Positions 24,858-36,619 of a DNA stretch of 64,000 bases are shown here, in pieces (the stretch's first letter is position 1; each line of letters starts with the position of its first letter). The notes beneath the pieces are model-generated. The model did no database searches and was not told where the DNA came from. It saw nothing but the letters and a program-made list of their open reading frames with translations. The stretch covers positions 22,647,776-22,711,775 of the forward strand of contig NC_083418.1 of the NCBI RefSeq assembly GCF_020745735.1, in the 5' to 3' direction. This DNA comes from Hemiscyllium ocellatum. Taxonomy: Eukaryota. A program made the translations under genes and the position numbers.

Positions 24858-26142
24858 TTGTTTTAGTCCAGTTTGTTTTTAAAGAAGCACATAAACAACA
24901 AGAAATGGTCTTTACAAGGGATAGTATAGTCTAAAGTATCAGCCTCTCAATGGTGCTAGATTGAACTCAACATAATTCCATTGCCCAAAACCCAACACAA
25001 GCACTATCCACACAAGGGCTGGTTGATTAGAAGTTGAATCAAGCTTAATTGATGTGCAATTGATGTAGTGAAAGAATTTCATAATGTTCTGACATAACAT
25101 TTAAGTACATGTTGAGCCTGTATAAACTTTAACAGTAAGGAGAGATAAAATGTTAGTTTTGGGTTTTAACTCTTTACCTTCTTCATTAGATTCAATAAAC
25201 TAATGCTACTTCAAAGGCTCATAATTACTGTCTTATCATTGCAAGGCAATATTTTAATGTTTCAGATTTACTAGCAGTTCTGAGAAATGTCAAATATCAC
25301 TTCAATATTTGTGCATTCAGTACTTTTCTAGTAACTTGTATATGAATAGATAAATGACAAACAGATGAAAAAGTTCTCTCCTGTTGAACCATTACTCTGT
25401 ATCTAGTATTCAGAATGCAGAGACACGTTCCCTTTCTATGTTATTTGCTTCTTGTTAATTATATACTTTGGCCCTGTTTGACTGAGCACAATGCTGATGG
25501 ACAGGATGCACTCATTGGTCCTAATACAGTGAATGGAAACTGAATTGTCCGAATAAATAATTAAGGTACTGGACCCAGGGTTCTGTAGTTCACAAAAGAA
25601 AAACTATAACTGCCTGCTTACTCATCCTGGATTACAGAAGTTCATTCATTCAGCCTCTCTGTTATCACCTTCTCTCACACCATTACAAATGTTCTGTCAA
25701 CACTGCAGCAATCATCTGACCACTTCATGTTTCATAAAAGCAACAATTTTGTCACAATGTGGTTTCTCCCCCTCATTGGGTTACCTCACTGTAACACTGC
25801 ATGCAATGATGTCATGACAAAGAATTAACTGCCCATTGACTGGAGGATAAAAACGGAAAGCGCTTTCCCCTTGCTTGGGCTGTTTATCCAGAGTGTAACT
25901 GAATTACACTGACTGGGAACCACCCAGGAATGGTGCCCAGTCTGACAAAATTAATTTGAAGTGTACAAAAATTGCCTTCTCTGGAAGCAAAAGCGAAATT
26001 GGCTACAGTCATAGAGTCATGCAACGCAGAAACAGGCCCTTCAGTCCAAATCGTCCATCCCAAACAGGTTTCCGAATTAAACTAACCCCACTGGTCTGCG
26101 GTTGGCACATTTCCCTCTAAGACTTTCCTATTCATGAACCTG

Positions 26143-26523
26143 GGAGAAAGTGAGGACTGGGAGAAAGTGAGGACTAGGAGAAAGTGAGGACTGCAGATGC
26201 TGGAGATCAGAGCTGAAAAATGTGTTGCTGGAAAAGCGCAGCAGGTCAGGCAGCATCAAAGGAGCAGGAGAATTGACGTTTCGGGCGAAAGCCCTTCTTC
26301 AGGAATGTGAGGACTGCAGATGCTGGAGATCAGAGTCGAAAAGTGTGACACTGGTAAAGCCATCAGATCACACAGCATCCGAGGAGCAGGAGAATTGCCG
26401 TTTTGGGCGTAAGCCCTTCATCAGGAATGTGAGCTTTTGAAGGGCTTATGCCGAAAACATTGACTTTTCTTTACCTCGGATGCTGCCTCACCTGCAGTGC
26501 TTCTCCAAGGCCACACTTTTCGA
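26143..26523 (-). mobile_element. Composite PLE-terminus insertion: 3x17-nt repeat, two head-to-tail hammerhead units and one inverted unit
   Basis: Units start gtgaggactgcag at 26184 and 26307 and end tcaggaat at 26306 and 26428. Inverted copy at ~26436-26523. Flanked by ctattcatgaacctg / ctattcacgtacctg (13/15 TSD). Confidence 0.88.
26271..26306 (-). ncRNA. Minimal hammerhead with intact catalytic core and weakened helix I
   Basis: Minus strand ATTC-CTGAAGA-A-GGGC-TTTC-GCCC-GAAA-CG-TC^AATT. Confidence 0.7.
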
Positions 26524-27360
26524 CTATTCACGTACCTGTCCAAATGTGTTTTAGATGTTCTAACTGTACCTGTATCTACCACTTCCTCTGGCAGTTCATT
26601 CCACATAGGAACGACTCTCTGTGTGAAAAAGTTGACACATGGGTCCCTTTTAAATCTTTCTCCTCTCACTTTAAAATTATGCCCCCTATTTTTGAATTTT
26701 CTAACCCTAGGGAAAAGATCATTGCTATTCACCTCATCTATGCCCCTCATGGTTTTATAAACCTCTATAAGATTAACCCTCAAGCTCCTAAACTCCAGGG
26801 GAAAAAAGTCTCAGACTCTCCAGCTTCTCCTTGTAACTCAACTCCAGTCCTGGTAACATCCATGTAAAATCTTTACTGCACCCTCTTCTAGTTGGCTTCT
26901 GATGGAAATATGACTGTGGCTGGACCTCAGGGGTGGATAAAATTAGACTCCGATCCCATCCCAGGTCAAATACACTATCAATGTTCTCAGCAGAGCCTGA
27001 CCTAGTTGATGTCAATAGACCTGTATGAAGTTAGTGAAGACTGTGGATGAGAAGGAAGAATTGTGAAGCAACAAATAAATTTAAGGGAATATATAGAACG
27101 CTAAATCATGTTGTAGTTACATGTTGGAGGTAGAGTTATGTTTTCTTAATGGATCATAACCTAAGTCTCTCAACATAATATATCTGAAATATTCAATTGG
27201 GAGGTAGAGTAAAAACCATTATCCGTTCAACATAGTTACCAACCTGATCTTGCATGACCATGGTCAGGGGTATATTGTGCAGTAACATGTTCATTCTGCA
27301 GTTAGTTGGGCATGTGCTGAGTCATTCAGAATTGTCAGCTGTTGCTTCCCCCCTATAATT

Positions 27361-27688
27361 GTGGCACAGTGGCTCAGTGGTTGGCACTGCTGCCTCACAG
27401 CGCAAGGGACCAGGTTCGATTCCACCCTCGGGAGACTGTCTGTGTGGATTTTGCACATTCTCCCTGTGCCTGTGTGGGTTTTCTCCCACAATCCAAAAAC
27501 ATGTAGGTTAAGTGGGCATTTAGTTATGTTAAATTGCCCATAGTGTGCAGGCAAGGTGGATTAGCCATGGGAAATACAGGGTGAATGGGGATAGAGTAGA
27601 GGTGAGGGTGGGTCTGGATGGAATGTTCTTTGGAGGGTTATGGATTTGATGGGCTAAATGGTCTGCTTCCATGCTATTAGGATTCTAT
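27361..27688 (+). mobile_element. HE1-type SINE
   Basis: gtggcacagtggctcagtggttggcactgctgcctcacag head, V-domain and tail. Confidence 0.9.
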
Positions 27689-28409
27689 AAATTACTAAAA
27701 ATTCAACCAAATTTACTGCTTGCCTTCCCAGGCTGCTGTCATCTCTGCAAACTACTGCTTCATTTAAAGCACTGCTCTTCTGTTAATCATGATCACTATT
27801 TCAAGAATACAAAGGGGAAAATGAAGACCATCAGAATGTGCAATAAAGACAATGGAGGCACAGATTAATGCTCAGCACTGAGACACATTGCTGTTCAGTC
27901 TTGTCAGAGCACACCAAAGGGTGGAATTTCCAGTCTAACTCTCTTAAAGCATTCACAAATGTTGAAACGCATGAAGAATAACAAATATTGCCAACCTGGA
28001 AACAACTTGAGGTGAACAGCATTTGGACATGTCATTCCCTGATGAGGTTATCCCATTGCTAATGGGGAAGAGGAACATAGTCAGCTCTGCCAGACTAAAA
28101 ACAGAAGGTGAATGCAAGCAGTGAAAGATCATGGAATAATGCCAGGGATGACAGAAGTTCCACTCAGCTTGAGAACGGTAATGGAATTGCTGGTTTAAAA
28201 CATAAATAAAACAATGTGGGGTGATGATATGGAGAAATCTCATTTTCAAATAAAAATGAGTTAATGGAAGGTCAGAAAAGGATATTGCAAACATAATGAC
28301 TTGCTTACAGAGAGATTTTGATGACCTGAAACAGCCTTCTCCTGTTATCCCACATCATCAAACCTCAACTAAAAAATGGAGCGAACATTGCAGCATGGTG
28401 GATAGGGAC

Positions 28410-29057
28410 TAGTAAGCTCAGTTGGTTGGATGGCCCCTTTGCAGAGTGCATGGGTTCAATTCCTGCACCAGCTGTGGCTACAAAGAGGGACTCTCCCTCT
28501 CCCTTCATCTGAGGCATTCAATTAGATTCCCTGCAATATGGAGAAAGTGAGGACTTCCTGAAGAAGGGCTTATGCCCGAAGTGTCGATTCTCCTGCTCCT
28601 TGGATGCTGCCTGACCGGCTGCGCTTTTCCAGCAACACATTTTCTCTACAATATGGAGTCATGCCTTTCAGCTCAACAAGTCCACAGTAACCCTCCAAAG
28701 AGTAACTTACCCAGAACCATTCCCCAAATCTAAATTTGCCCCAACTAATGCACCTAACGCTATGGGCAATTTAGCATGGACAGTTTACCTGACCTGTGCA
28801 TCTTTGGATTGTGGTAGGAAACCCGGAGCACCAGAGGAAACCCACACAGACGCAGGGAGAATGTGCAAACTCCACACTCACAGTCGTCCGAGGATGGAAT
28901 AGAGCCCGGGTCCCTGGTGCTGTGAGGCAGCACTGCTAATCACTGAGCCACCATGCCACATGTCAATGCTCAGCTTAAAAAAACACCAGTCATCTCCCTC
29001 TCCCTAATGATGGAGGTGCACTATGCTCTGGTGAGGCAATGGCAACTTTAGCTTTAT
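28410..29057 (+). mobile_element. Older tRNA-headed SINE split by a minus-strand HE1 SINE (~28520-28940), which itself holds a PLE insertion
   Basis: agctcagttggttgg...gggttcaattcc head before the HE1 copy and a ggcaactttagcttta tail after it. Confidence 0.7.
28544..28648 (+). mobile_element. Short inverted-type PLE-terminus insertion with hammerhead (GAAA changed to GAAG)
   Basis: (gag)aaagtgaggac (3' end, reverse orientation) joined to ttcCTGAAGAagggcttatgcccGAAgtgtc. TSD caatatggag at 28534-28543 and 28649-28658. Confidence 0.85.
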
Positions 29058-29530
29058 GATGTACACTCTAAATGAGAAGAGACAAATCATTTATCTCTGC
29101 CCCAGCGCTTCTGCATTGAAAATGCAGGCTCATATCACCAGGTTGGACACAAAAGCTGTCAGTAGTGTTAGATGTTACTGATGCAACTGAGGTGTTCAAG
29201 ATAATGAGGGAAGAGCAGACAGTGAAGGGCTGCTTCCTTAGCAGACAGGTCAATTAACAGTGGGCACAGACTGAAGGTAACTGATAGAAGGTTTCAAGCG
29301 GAAATGAGGAAAATGGGGTTTTTCATCAGGATGGTGGTTGGTACCTGGAATTTGCTAACCAGGTGAGGTGGAAACCCTCAACACATTTGAAAAGAACCTG
29401 AAATTAAAAAAATGGAAATGCTGGAGGAGCTCAGCAGGTCTAACAGCATCTGCAGAGAGAGAAACAGAGCTAAAGTGCAAGACCCATGTCTCTTCTTGGA
29501 AGACAATAAGTCAGGGCAGGTAACCGAGGT

Positions 29531-29660
29531 AAAAACAATGACTGCAGATTCTGGAAACCAGATTCTGGATTAATGGTGCTGGAAGAGCACAGCAGTTCAG
29601 GCAGCATCCAAAGTGCAGCGAAATCATCGATTTCGCTGCCTGAACTACTGTGTTCTTCCA
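29531..29660. mobile_element. Fold-back PLE-terminus insertion
   Basis: gcagcgaaatc-atc-gatttcgctgc palindromic junction; TSD gcaggtaaccgaggt / gcaggtgactgaggt (13/15). Confidence 0.85.
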
Positions 29661-31338
29661 GCAGGTGACTGAGGTGTCAGTTGGGGAAAACTTTGGGGCC
29701 AGCGACCATAATTCGATTAGTTTTAAAATAATGATGGAAAAGGATAGAACAGATCTAAAAGTTGAAGTTCTGAATTGGAGAAAGGCCAATTTTGACAGTA
29801 TTGGGCAAGAACTTTCAAAAGCTGATTGGGCACAGATGTTCACAGGTAAAGGAACAGCTGGAAAATGGGAAGCCTTCAGAAATTAGATAACAAGAGTCCA
29901 AAGACAGTATATTCCTGTTCGGGTGAAAGGAAAGGCAGGTAGGTATAGGGAATGTTGGATGACTAAAGAAATTGAGGGTTTGGTTAAAAAAAATGAAGGA
30001 AGCATACATCAGGTATAGACAGGATAGATCAAGCGAATCCTTAGTATAAAGGTAGTAGGAGTTTACTTAAGAGGGAAATCAGGAGGGCAAAAAGGGGACA
30101 TGAGATAGCTTAGACAAAGAGAGTTCAGGAGAATCCAAGGGTTTTTACAAATACGTTAAGGACAAAAGGATAACTCGGGAGAGATTAGGGCCCCTCAAAG
30201 ATCAGCAAGGCAGCCTTTGTGTGGACCTGCAGGAGATTGGGGAGATACTAAATGAGTATTTTGCATCAGTATTTACTGTGGAAAAGGATATGGAAGATAT
30301 AGAATGTAGGGAAATAGATGGCGACATCTTGAAAAATGTCCATATTACAGAGGAGGAAGTGCTGGATATCTTGAAGTGCATAAAAGTGGATATATCTCCA
30401 GGACCTGAACCCTAGAACTCTGTGGGAAGCTAGGAAAATGATTGCTGGGCCCCTTGCTAAGATATTTGTATCATCAACAGTCACAGGAGAAGTGCCGGAA
30501 GACTAGAGGTTGGCTAATGTGGTGCCACTGTTTAAGATGGGTGGTAAGGACAAGCCAGGGAACTATAGACCAGTGAGCCTGATGTCAGTGGTGGGCAAGG
30601 AGTTGGAGGGAATCCTGAAGGACAGGAAAGGCAAGGACCGATTAGGGATAGTCAACATAACTTTGTGGGTGGGAAATCATGTCTCACAAGCTTGATTGAG
30701 TTTTTTGAAGAAGTAACAGAGGATTGATGAGGGCAGAGCAGTGGATGTGATGTATATGGACTTCAGTAAGGCATTCAAAAAGGTTCCCCATGGGAGACTT
30801 GTTAGCAAGGTTAGACCTCATGGAATACAGGGAGAACTAGCCACTTGGACACAGAACTGGCTCAAAGGTAGAAGACAGAGGGTGGTGGTGGAGGCTTGTT
30901 CTTCAGACTGAAGGCCTGTGACGAGTGGAATGCCATAAAGACTGGTGCTGAGTCCACTACTTTTCATCATTTATATAAATGATTTGGATGTGAGCATAAG
31001 AGGTACAGTTAGTAAGTTGGCAGATGATACCAAATTGGAGGTGTAGGGGACAGTAAAGAATGTTTCCTCGGATTAAAACGGGATCTTCATCAAATGGCCA
31101 ATGGGCCGAGGAGTGGCAGATGAAGTTTAATTCAGATAAATACAAGGTGCTGCATTTTGGGAAAGCAAATTTTAGCAGGACCTATACACTTAATGGTAAG
31201 ATCCTTGGGAGTGTTGTTGAACAAAGAGTGCAGATTCATAGCTCCTTGAAAGTAGAATCGCAGGTAAATAGGACAGTTAAGAAGGTGCTTGGTATGCTTT
31301 CCTTTATTGATCAGAGCATTGAGTACAGGAGTTGGGAG

Positions 31339-31497
31339 TTGAAAGTGTGTTGCTGGAAAAGAACAGCAGATCAGGCAGCATCCGAGGAGCGGAAAATTGA
31401 CAGTTTGGGCCGGAACTCTTCATCAGGAATGAGGCTGGGAGTTTCAGTGATAGAGAGATAAATGGGAAAGGGGTGGGGCTGGGGAGAAGATAGCCGA
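31339..31497 (-). mobile_element. Short PLE-terminus insertion with degenerate hammerhead
   Basis: gtgttgctggaaaa...cttcatcaggaat; perfect 10-bp TSD gagttgggag at 31329-31338 and 31498-31507. Confidence 0.88.
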
Positions 31498-32394
31498 GAG
31501 TTGGGAGGTCATGTTGCGGATGTACAGGACATTGGTTAGGCCACTTTTGTAATATTGCGTGCAATTCTGGTCTGCTTCGTATTGGTAGGATGTTGTGAAA
31601 CTTGAAAAGGTTCAAAAAAGATTTACAAGGATGTTGCCAGGGTTGGAGGATTTGAGCTATAGGGAGAGGCTGAATAGGCTAGGGCTGTTTTCTCTGGAGC
31701 ATCAGAGGCTGAGGGGTGACCTTATGAAGGTTTATAAAATCATGAGGGGTGTGGATAGGTTAAATAGACAAGGCCATTTCCCTGGGGTGGGAGAATACAG
31801 AACGAGAGGGCATAGGTTTAGGGTGGGATGGGAAAGAAATAAAAGAGACCCACGGGGCAATTTTTCATGCAGAGGGTGGTGCGTGTGTGGAATGGGCTGC
31901 CGGAGGAAGTGGTGGAGGCTGGTATAATTGCAACATTTATAAGGTATCTTGATGGGTATATGAATAGGACGGGTTTGGAGGGATATGGTCCAAGTGCTAG
32001 CAGATGGGATTAGGTTGGGTTGGCATGGACGAGTTGGACTGAAGGTTCTGTTTCTGTGTTGTATATTTCTATGATCCTAGAATCTAAAAACCTGGATTTG
32101 TACCTGAAGTGTTGTAATCTATAAAGGCTATGAACCAAGTATGTGGGAAGTGGGATTGCAACAGACACATGGCCAGATGGCCTCTTTCAGTGTTGTCACC
32201 GCCTAAGGAGTTTTCCCATGTTGGTACTGGATGGCCAGGATGGAGGAGCAAACCGAGAGCTGGAGTGACCAGGTACCCACTTGGACTTTCATGTCAGGAA
32301 CACTTGCTGTCTAGATTTTATCTAGCTCTCTCAATACCCACTAGCAAACATCTCATTTAATTGTCCCAACTTTCCTCACCATGCCTCACGTTTC

Positions 32395-32658
32395 AAAGAA
32401 TATAAGCCCTACAGTGTGGCCCATTGAGTCTATACTACCACTCACCAAAGAGCATCCCACCCAGATCCCTCCCCCTATCCCTGTCATTCTGCAATTCCCA
32501 TGGCTAATCCACCTTGCCTGCACATCTTTGTGACCATGGGAGGAAACCAGAGCACTCAGATGGAACCCACACAGACAACATGACTCCACACAGAAAGTTG
32601 CCCAAGGGTGGGATTGAACCCAGGTCCCTAGTGCTGGGGGGAAGCAGTGCTAACCATT
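32395..32658 (-). mobile_element. HE1-type SINE, diverged
   Basis: gggaggaaaccagagcac...gattgaacccaggtccc...gcagtgctaacca. Confidence 0.8.
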
Positions 32659-33479
32659 ATTCAGAGACTTGGAAGATTCCAGACAATAGGTCTTTCTAAA
32701 GGCAAGAAAAGTCAAAATTTTGAGGGAAACCAGGAGACTGGGAGAACATGTCAATGAGAATTCTGGGATAATTGACTGATTTGTGGAATGATGATTAATT
32801 AATCAAAAGTTAACACAGTAGCCATCTTAAGTATTGAACTGTGTAAGATAGGCTGAGATTCAATTTTCAATGAAACACCAAGAGGAACTCTGCAAGATAC
32901 GATGAGAGAGAGAATTTTCAACATGGAGAAGGGTAAAGGATAAATCTGCACAAACTATTGTCTAGAACCAGGTTACCAAAGGAGATAACTGGCAATGCCA
33001 TGAGAACAAAATAAAGCCCAGAATCTGTTCTGCTCTGCCCAACTGTACAAGATTCCTTCAAATTTTCGACTACTGAACCTATCGCAGATCTCACATTTTC
33101 AAATCATTTCACTTCAGAAACAAAATCTTCAAACAAGTAACATGCCTGCAATGATAATAAAAGGGTCTTACAAAGATGAGAATGAGCATCTTTTCTTCGT
33201 AATCTTTGTATCTGCATTTTATCTTTTTTTATTTAATGACTTGCAGTGTAATAAATTAACATTTCATTTTGTTAAAAACTATGGTTTGCTGCTGTTTGTT
33301 TTAAAATTGGAATGTTCAAAATGCGAAAAAGGGAGCTAAACAAAAGAGCAAACGCACGGTTTGCAGATCACTTTGTGGGTATGCCTTAGAGTGGGGTGGT
33401 CACGACATGGTATTCTCTGTCATATTTAACTCCATTCCTGGATCCCCGAAATGGAGAAGCCACGTCAGGCAACAATAGC

Positions 33480-34040
33480 AGTTGACAAGTGCCAAGTTAG
33501 ATTTGCATCAAGTACATGCCAAAAAATTACAGTGTTCAACAAGAAAAGTACCATCCATTTCCTTCCAACTTTTAAGAACAGGCAGTTCTCTCACTGTCAA
33601 CATCCTTGGTGTCAGTGTTGAACTGCACCAATTATTGAACGTTGTGACCGTAAAAGCAGGACAGTGAGCCAGTATTTTGTGAAGAAGGACCTTGTGTCAT
33701 GAACAATTTCTGACAAAGCTTGAGTCTGTTGCTCCCTGAGCTGTATGCAGTCACAACAGCACCACCTAACTTATCTGTTTGATCACTGTTCTTGCCACTG
33801 AACTCATAGAATCTGCCTCCTCTCCAACTGGCACTCTGTACCAGAATGCACTGCAGTAATTCACAGTTCTGTGATCACTTGCACTAAGTAGGACAAGGGC
33901 AGCGAGGCTATGTAAAGGACATCACCTGTGAGTATAATTTCACCATCCTGATTTCCATATGATGTAAAACCACTCTTCTGTTGCCAACTCATTAAGAGTT
34001 TGGAACTTTCAATATCATACCACAGCATAAATACCATACC
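33480..34040 (+). mobile_element. Very old L2/CR1-clade LINE remnant (related pieces at ~63230-63990, 1340-1450, 12520-12700)
   Basis: TVNILGVS...TVKAGQ; at 63.6-63.9 kb, decayed YS.LAWMS.AQTTFKKLNTIQ and IYKM.C motifs. Confidence 0.5.
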
Positions 34041-35058
34041 CACAAGAAAATGTAATTTTATTTAAGGGTTTAAGCGTACATTCTCAGACAGAATGATGGC
34101 CTACATTGGAGAGACTTAAAGGAATTGGCAGCTTACTCGAAATAGTTGATCCATTGGTTATCATATTTTAACATCCTCTTGGTACGGAAAGGTTCCAGTG
34201 GATTGGAAAAATGCTAATTGTAATACCCTTATTCAAAAAAGGGAGGCAGACAGAAAGTATGAAACTAAAACCAGTTAGTTTAAAATATGTCAATGATAAG
34301 TTGTTAGAATCCATTATCAAGGAAGTAATAACAGGACATTTGAAAATACAATCCATCAGAGTCAGAATGGTTTTATGAAGAGTAAATAATATTTGACTAA
34401 ATTGCTAGAGTTCTTCAAACATGTAACAAGCAATATAGATAAGGGGATCCTATAGATATCATATAAATGGACTTCCAGAAGGTATTTGATAAGGTGATGC
34501 ACAAAAGACATGCAATAGGGTTTAGGGAAATGGATTGGTTAGCCAATCCTCTATCCAAGCCTCCAGTTTGGATAGAGGAATGGCTAACCAATAGAAAATA
34601 GACAGTCGGGTTAAATGATCAGCAAGATGTAACTAAAGAGGTGTCATAGGGTTTGGTCCTTGGGCCTTAATTACTCACAAATTATATTAATGGCCTGGAT
34701 GCAGGAATAGGAAGTACTATAGCCAATTTTACAGAAGCTGCTAAATATAAGGGAAAAGAAGTTTCAATAAATAAATAAATTTATAAATGGGTATAGATAG
34801 ATTAGGCAAATGGATCAAATTTTGGCAGATGGAGTTTAACATAGATAAGTATGAGGTTATCCAGTTTGGAAAGAGAAATAGAAAGGCAACTTATTTTCAA
34901 ACTAGAGTGAACTGTCAGATATTTTGGTGCAGAGAGATCTGGATGTCCTCATGCATGAATCTTAGAAAACTAACATGCAAGTGCAGCATGTATTAAGGAA
35001 TGCAAAATGACTTTTGGCATTTAATGCAAAAGGAATAAAGTATAAATGTGGGGAAGTG

Positions 35059-35195
35059 TCCCTACCTTTTATCTCAGCCTGCTTGGCTCTCTCTCTCTTA
35101 TTCCTGATGAAGGGCTTATGCTCGAAACGTCGAATTCTCTATTCCTGAGATGCTGCCTAACCTGCTGTGCTTTGACCAGCAACACATTTGCAGCT
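35059..35195 (+). mobile_element. Short PLE-terminus insertion in CR1
   Basis: Near-identical to 56390-56525; interrupts the CR1 sequence ggggaagtgt|gctgcaactgtac. Confidence 0.88.
35100..35135 (+). ncRNA. Minimal type I hammerhead ribozyme with intact core
   Basis: ATTC-CTGATGA-A-GGGC-TTAT-GCTC-GAAA-CG-TC^GAAT: 4-bp helix I (ATTC/GAAT), 4-bp helix II with one G-U, palindromic ACGT in place of helix III. Predicted cleavage at 35131/35132. Confidence 0.8.
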
Positions 35196-36619
35196 GCAAC
35201 TGTACAAGGCATTAGTGAGAGTATACCTGGAGAATTATGTACAATCTTGGTCCCCTTACCTGAGGAGGGATGTAATTGTATTGAAGGTAGTTCAGTGGAG
35301 GCTTACAAGATATTTTCCAAAGATGAGGGGTTTGTGTTATGAATAGATTGAACAGTTTAGCCATATACTCTCTGGAATTTAGAAGAATCAGAGAATAACT
35401 AATTGAGGAATAAAAGATGCTAAAGGGGATTGACAAAGCAGATATTTCCTCATGTAGGGCATCTAGAATGAGAAGTCATAGTTTTAGGATTAAGGAGTAA
35501 CACATTTAAAACAGAGATGAGGAGAAATTACTTCTCTCAAAGGGTGGTGAATCTGTTGAATTTACTACCCCAGAGTATGGTGGATACTGGAACATTGAAT
35601 AAATTTATGGAGGAGATAGACATATTTTTACTTAGTAACCGTCGAAGGGTTATGGAGAGTAGGTAAGAGAATGGAGTTGAGGTTGAGATGAGATCAGCTG
35701 TGATCGTATTCAATGGCACAGCCAGCTCGAGGGGCTGAATTGCCTACTCTTGCTCTTAATTCTCATGTTTCTATGCACTATCTGTGAGATTATTTTACAT
35801 ATCCTGTACTCTGTGTGCAAAATGATTCACCAGTCCCCCTTCAAACTTTTCAATGTTATCCTATTCTCACCGCTGTTTTATCCTTTCGTCTTGTTTCATT
35901 TTCCAGATAACCAGATGGGGGCAGCAAAAGCTTGAATGAGCCAAATCAATCTTATCCACAAGCAGTCACTTTTAGTGTGGGGTTTTCTTCTTCAGTGCCA
36001 ATAGCATAAACTAAGGGCATGTTATTAGGAAATGTGGCACCTCTGCACGCAATTGCCAGACTATTAAAGGTAATGGCCAGAAAAACTGCGCAATTTGTAA
36101 ATGTCTGCTCCCAGCTTCCACCAGAGAAGCTAAAAGTGGAAATTATTAGCCACGGATGTCTTCTGTCACCATCCAACACAAGTGAGACTCAATGTGTCAG
36201 AAAAAAATGCCCATTAAGGGCACTTTTATTGAAGTTTCGGTATAACAAGGGGAATGGACCTCTCAAATTTTAAATTTTAATGCTGACCTCACTCTTCCTC
36301 TGCAGCCATAACATTGTATTCCTCGCTATGTTCTATTACCCTAATGCGCCTTGAGGGGTATGATCTGCCTGTATGCAGGCAAAACAAAACTTTACACTGT
36401 ACCTAGGTACACGTGACAATAATAAATCAGATCAGATCAAAGCAAAATCGTAACATTAGTGGGGAAAAGTAATTACTGAGTTTTCAAACATGTTTAATTT
36501 TGCAGGAAATGTGCTTCCATTTCTGTTGTGTTTTTCTTGATCTTATGATGTCACAGTGAGAGAGGTACTTCTGAAGTGGAGCCACAGTGTAGGAAAGACA
36601 GCAATAAATCTGTGTATAA

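Larger units (their letters stand above)
26005..26885 (-). mobile_element. CR1 3' fragment hosting the PLE composite at 26143-26523
   Basis: CR1 tail at ~26005-26142, continuing from 26524 (FFTQRVVPMWNELP). Confidence 0.88.
29505..32078 (+). mobile_element. Long CR1/HER1 ORF2 remnant (end of the endonuclease through RT to the 3' tail), with two PLE insertions
   Basis: QVTEVSVGENFGASDHNSISF, EILNEYFASVFT, ANVVPLFK..PGNYRPVSL, YMDFSKAF, WQMKFNSD, and the tail. Confidence 0.95.
34150..35777 (+). mobile_element. Older CR1 LINE RT fragment
   Basis: VPVDWKNAN..PLFKKG, MDFQKVFDKV, WQMEFNIDKYEVIQFG, and the 3'UTR. Confidence 0.88.

Noticed and set aside
23860-24920. Possible LTR-like repeat (similar texture at ~10620-10910)
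   Set aside because: I could not define termini, a TSD or coding similarity by eye.
26141-26433. Repeat-spacer-like pattern suggesting a CRISPR array
   Set aside because: Eukaryotic context, the 'spacers' are homologous to each other, there are no cas genes, and PLE termini explain the pattern.
28035-28080. CTGATGA motif (also at ~5590) as an additional hammerhead
   Set aside because: No helix II followed by GAAA and NUH, and no PLE context.
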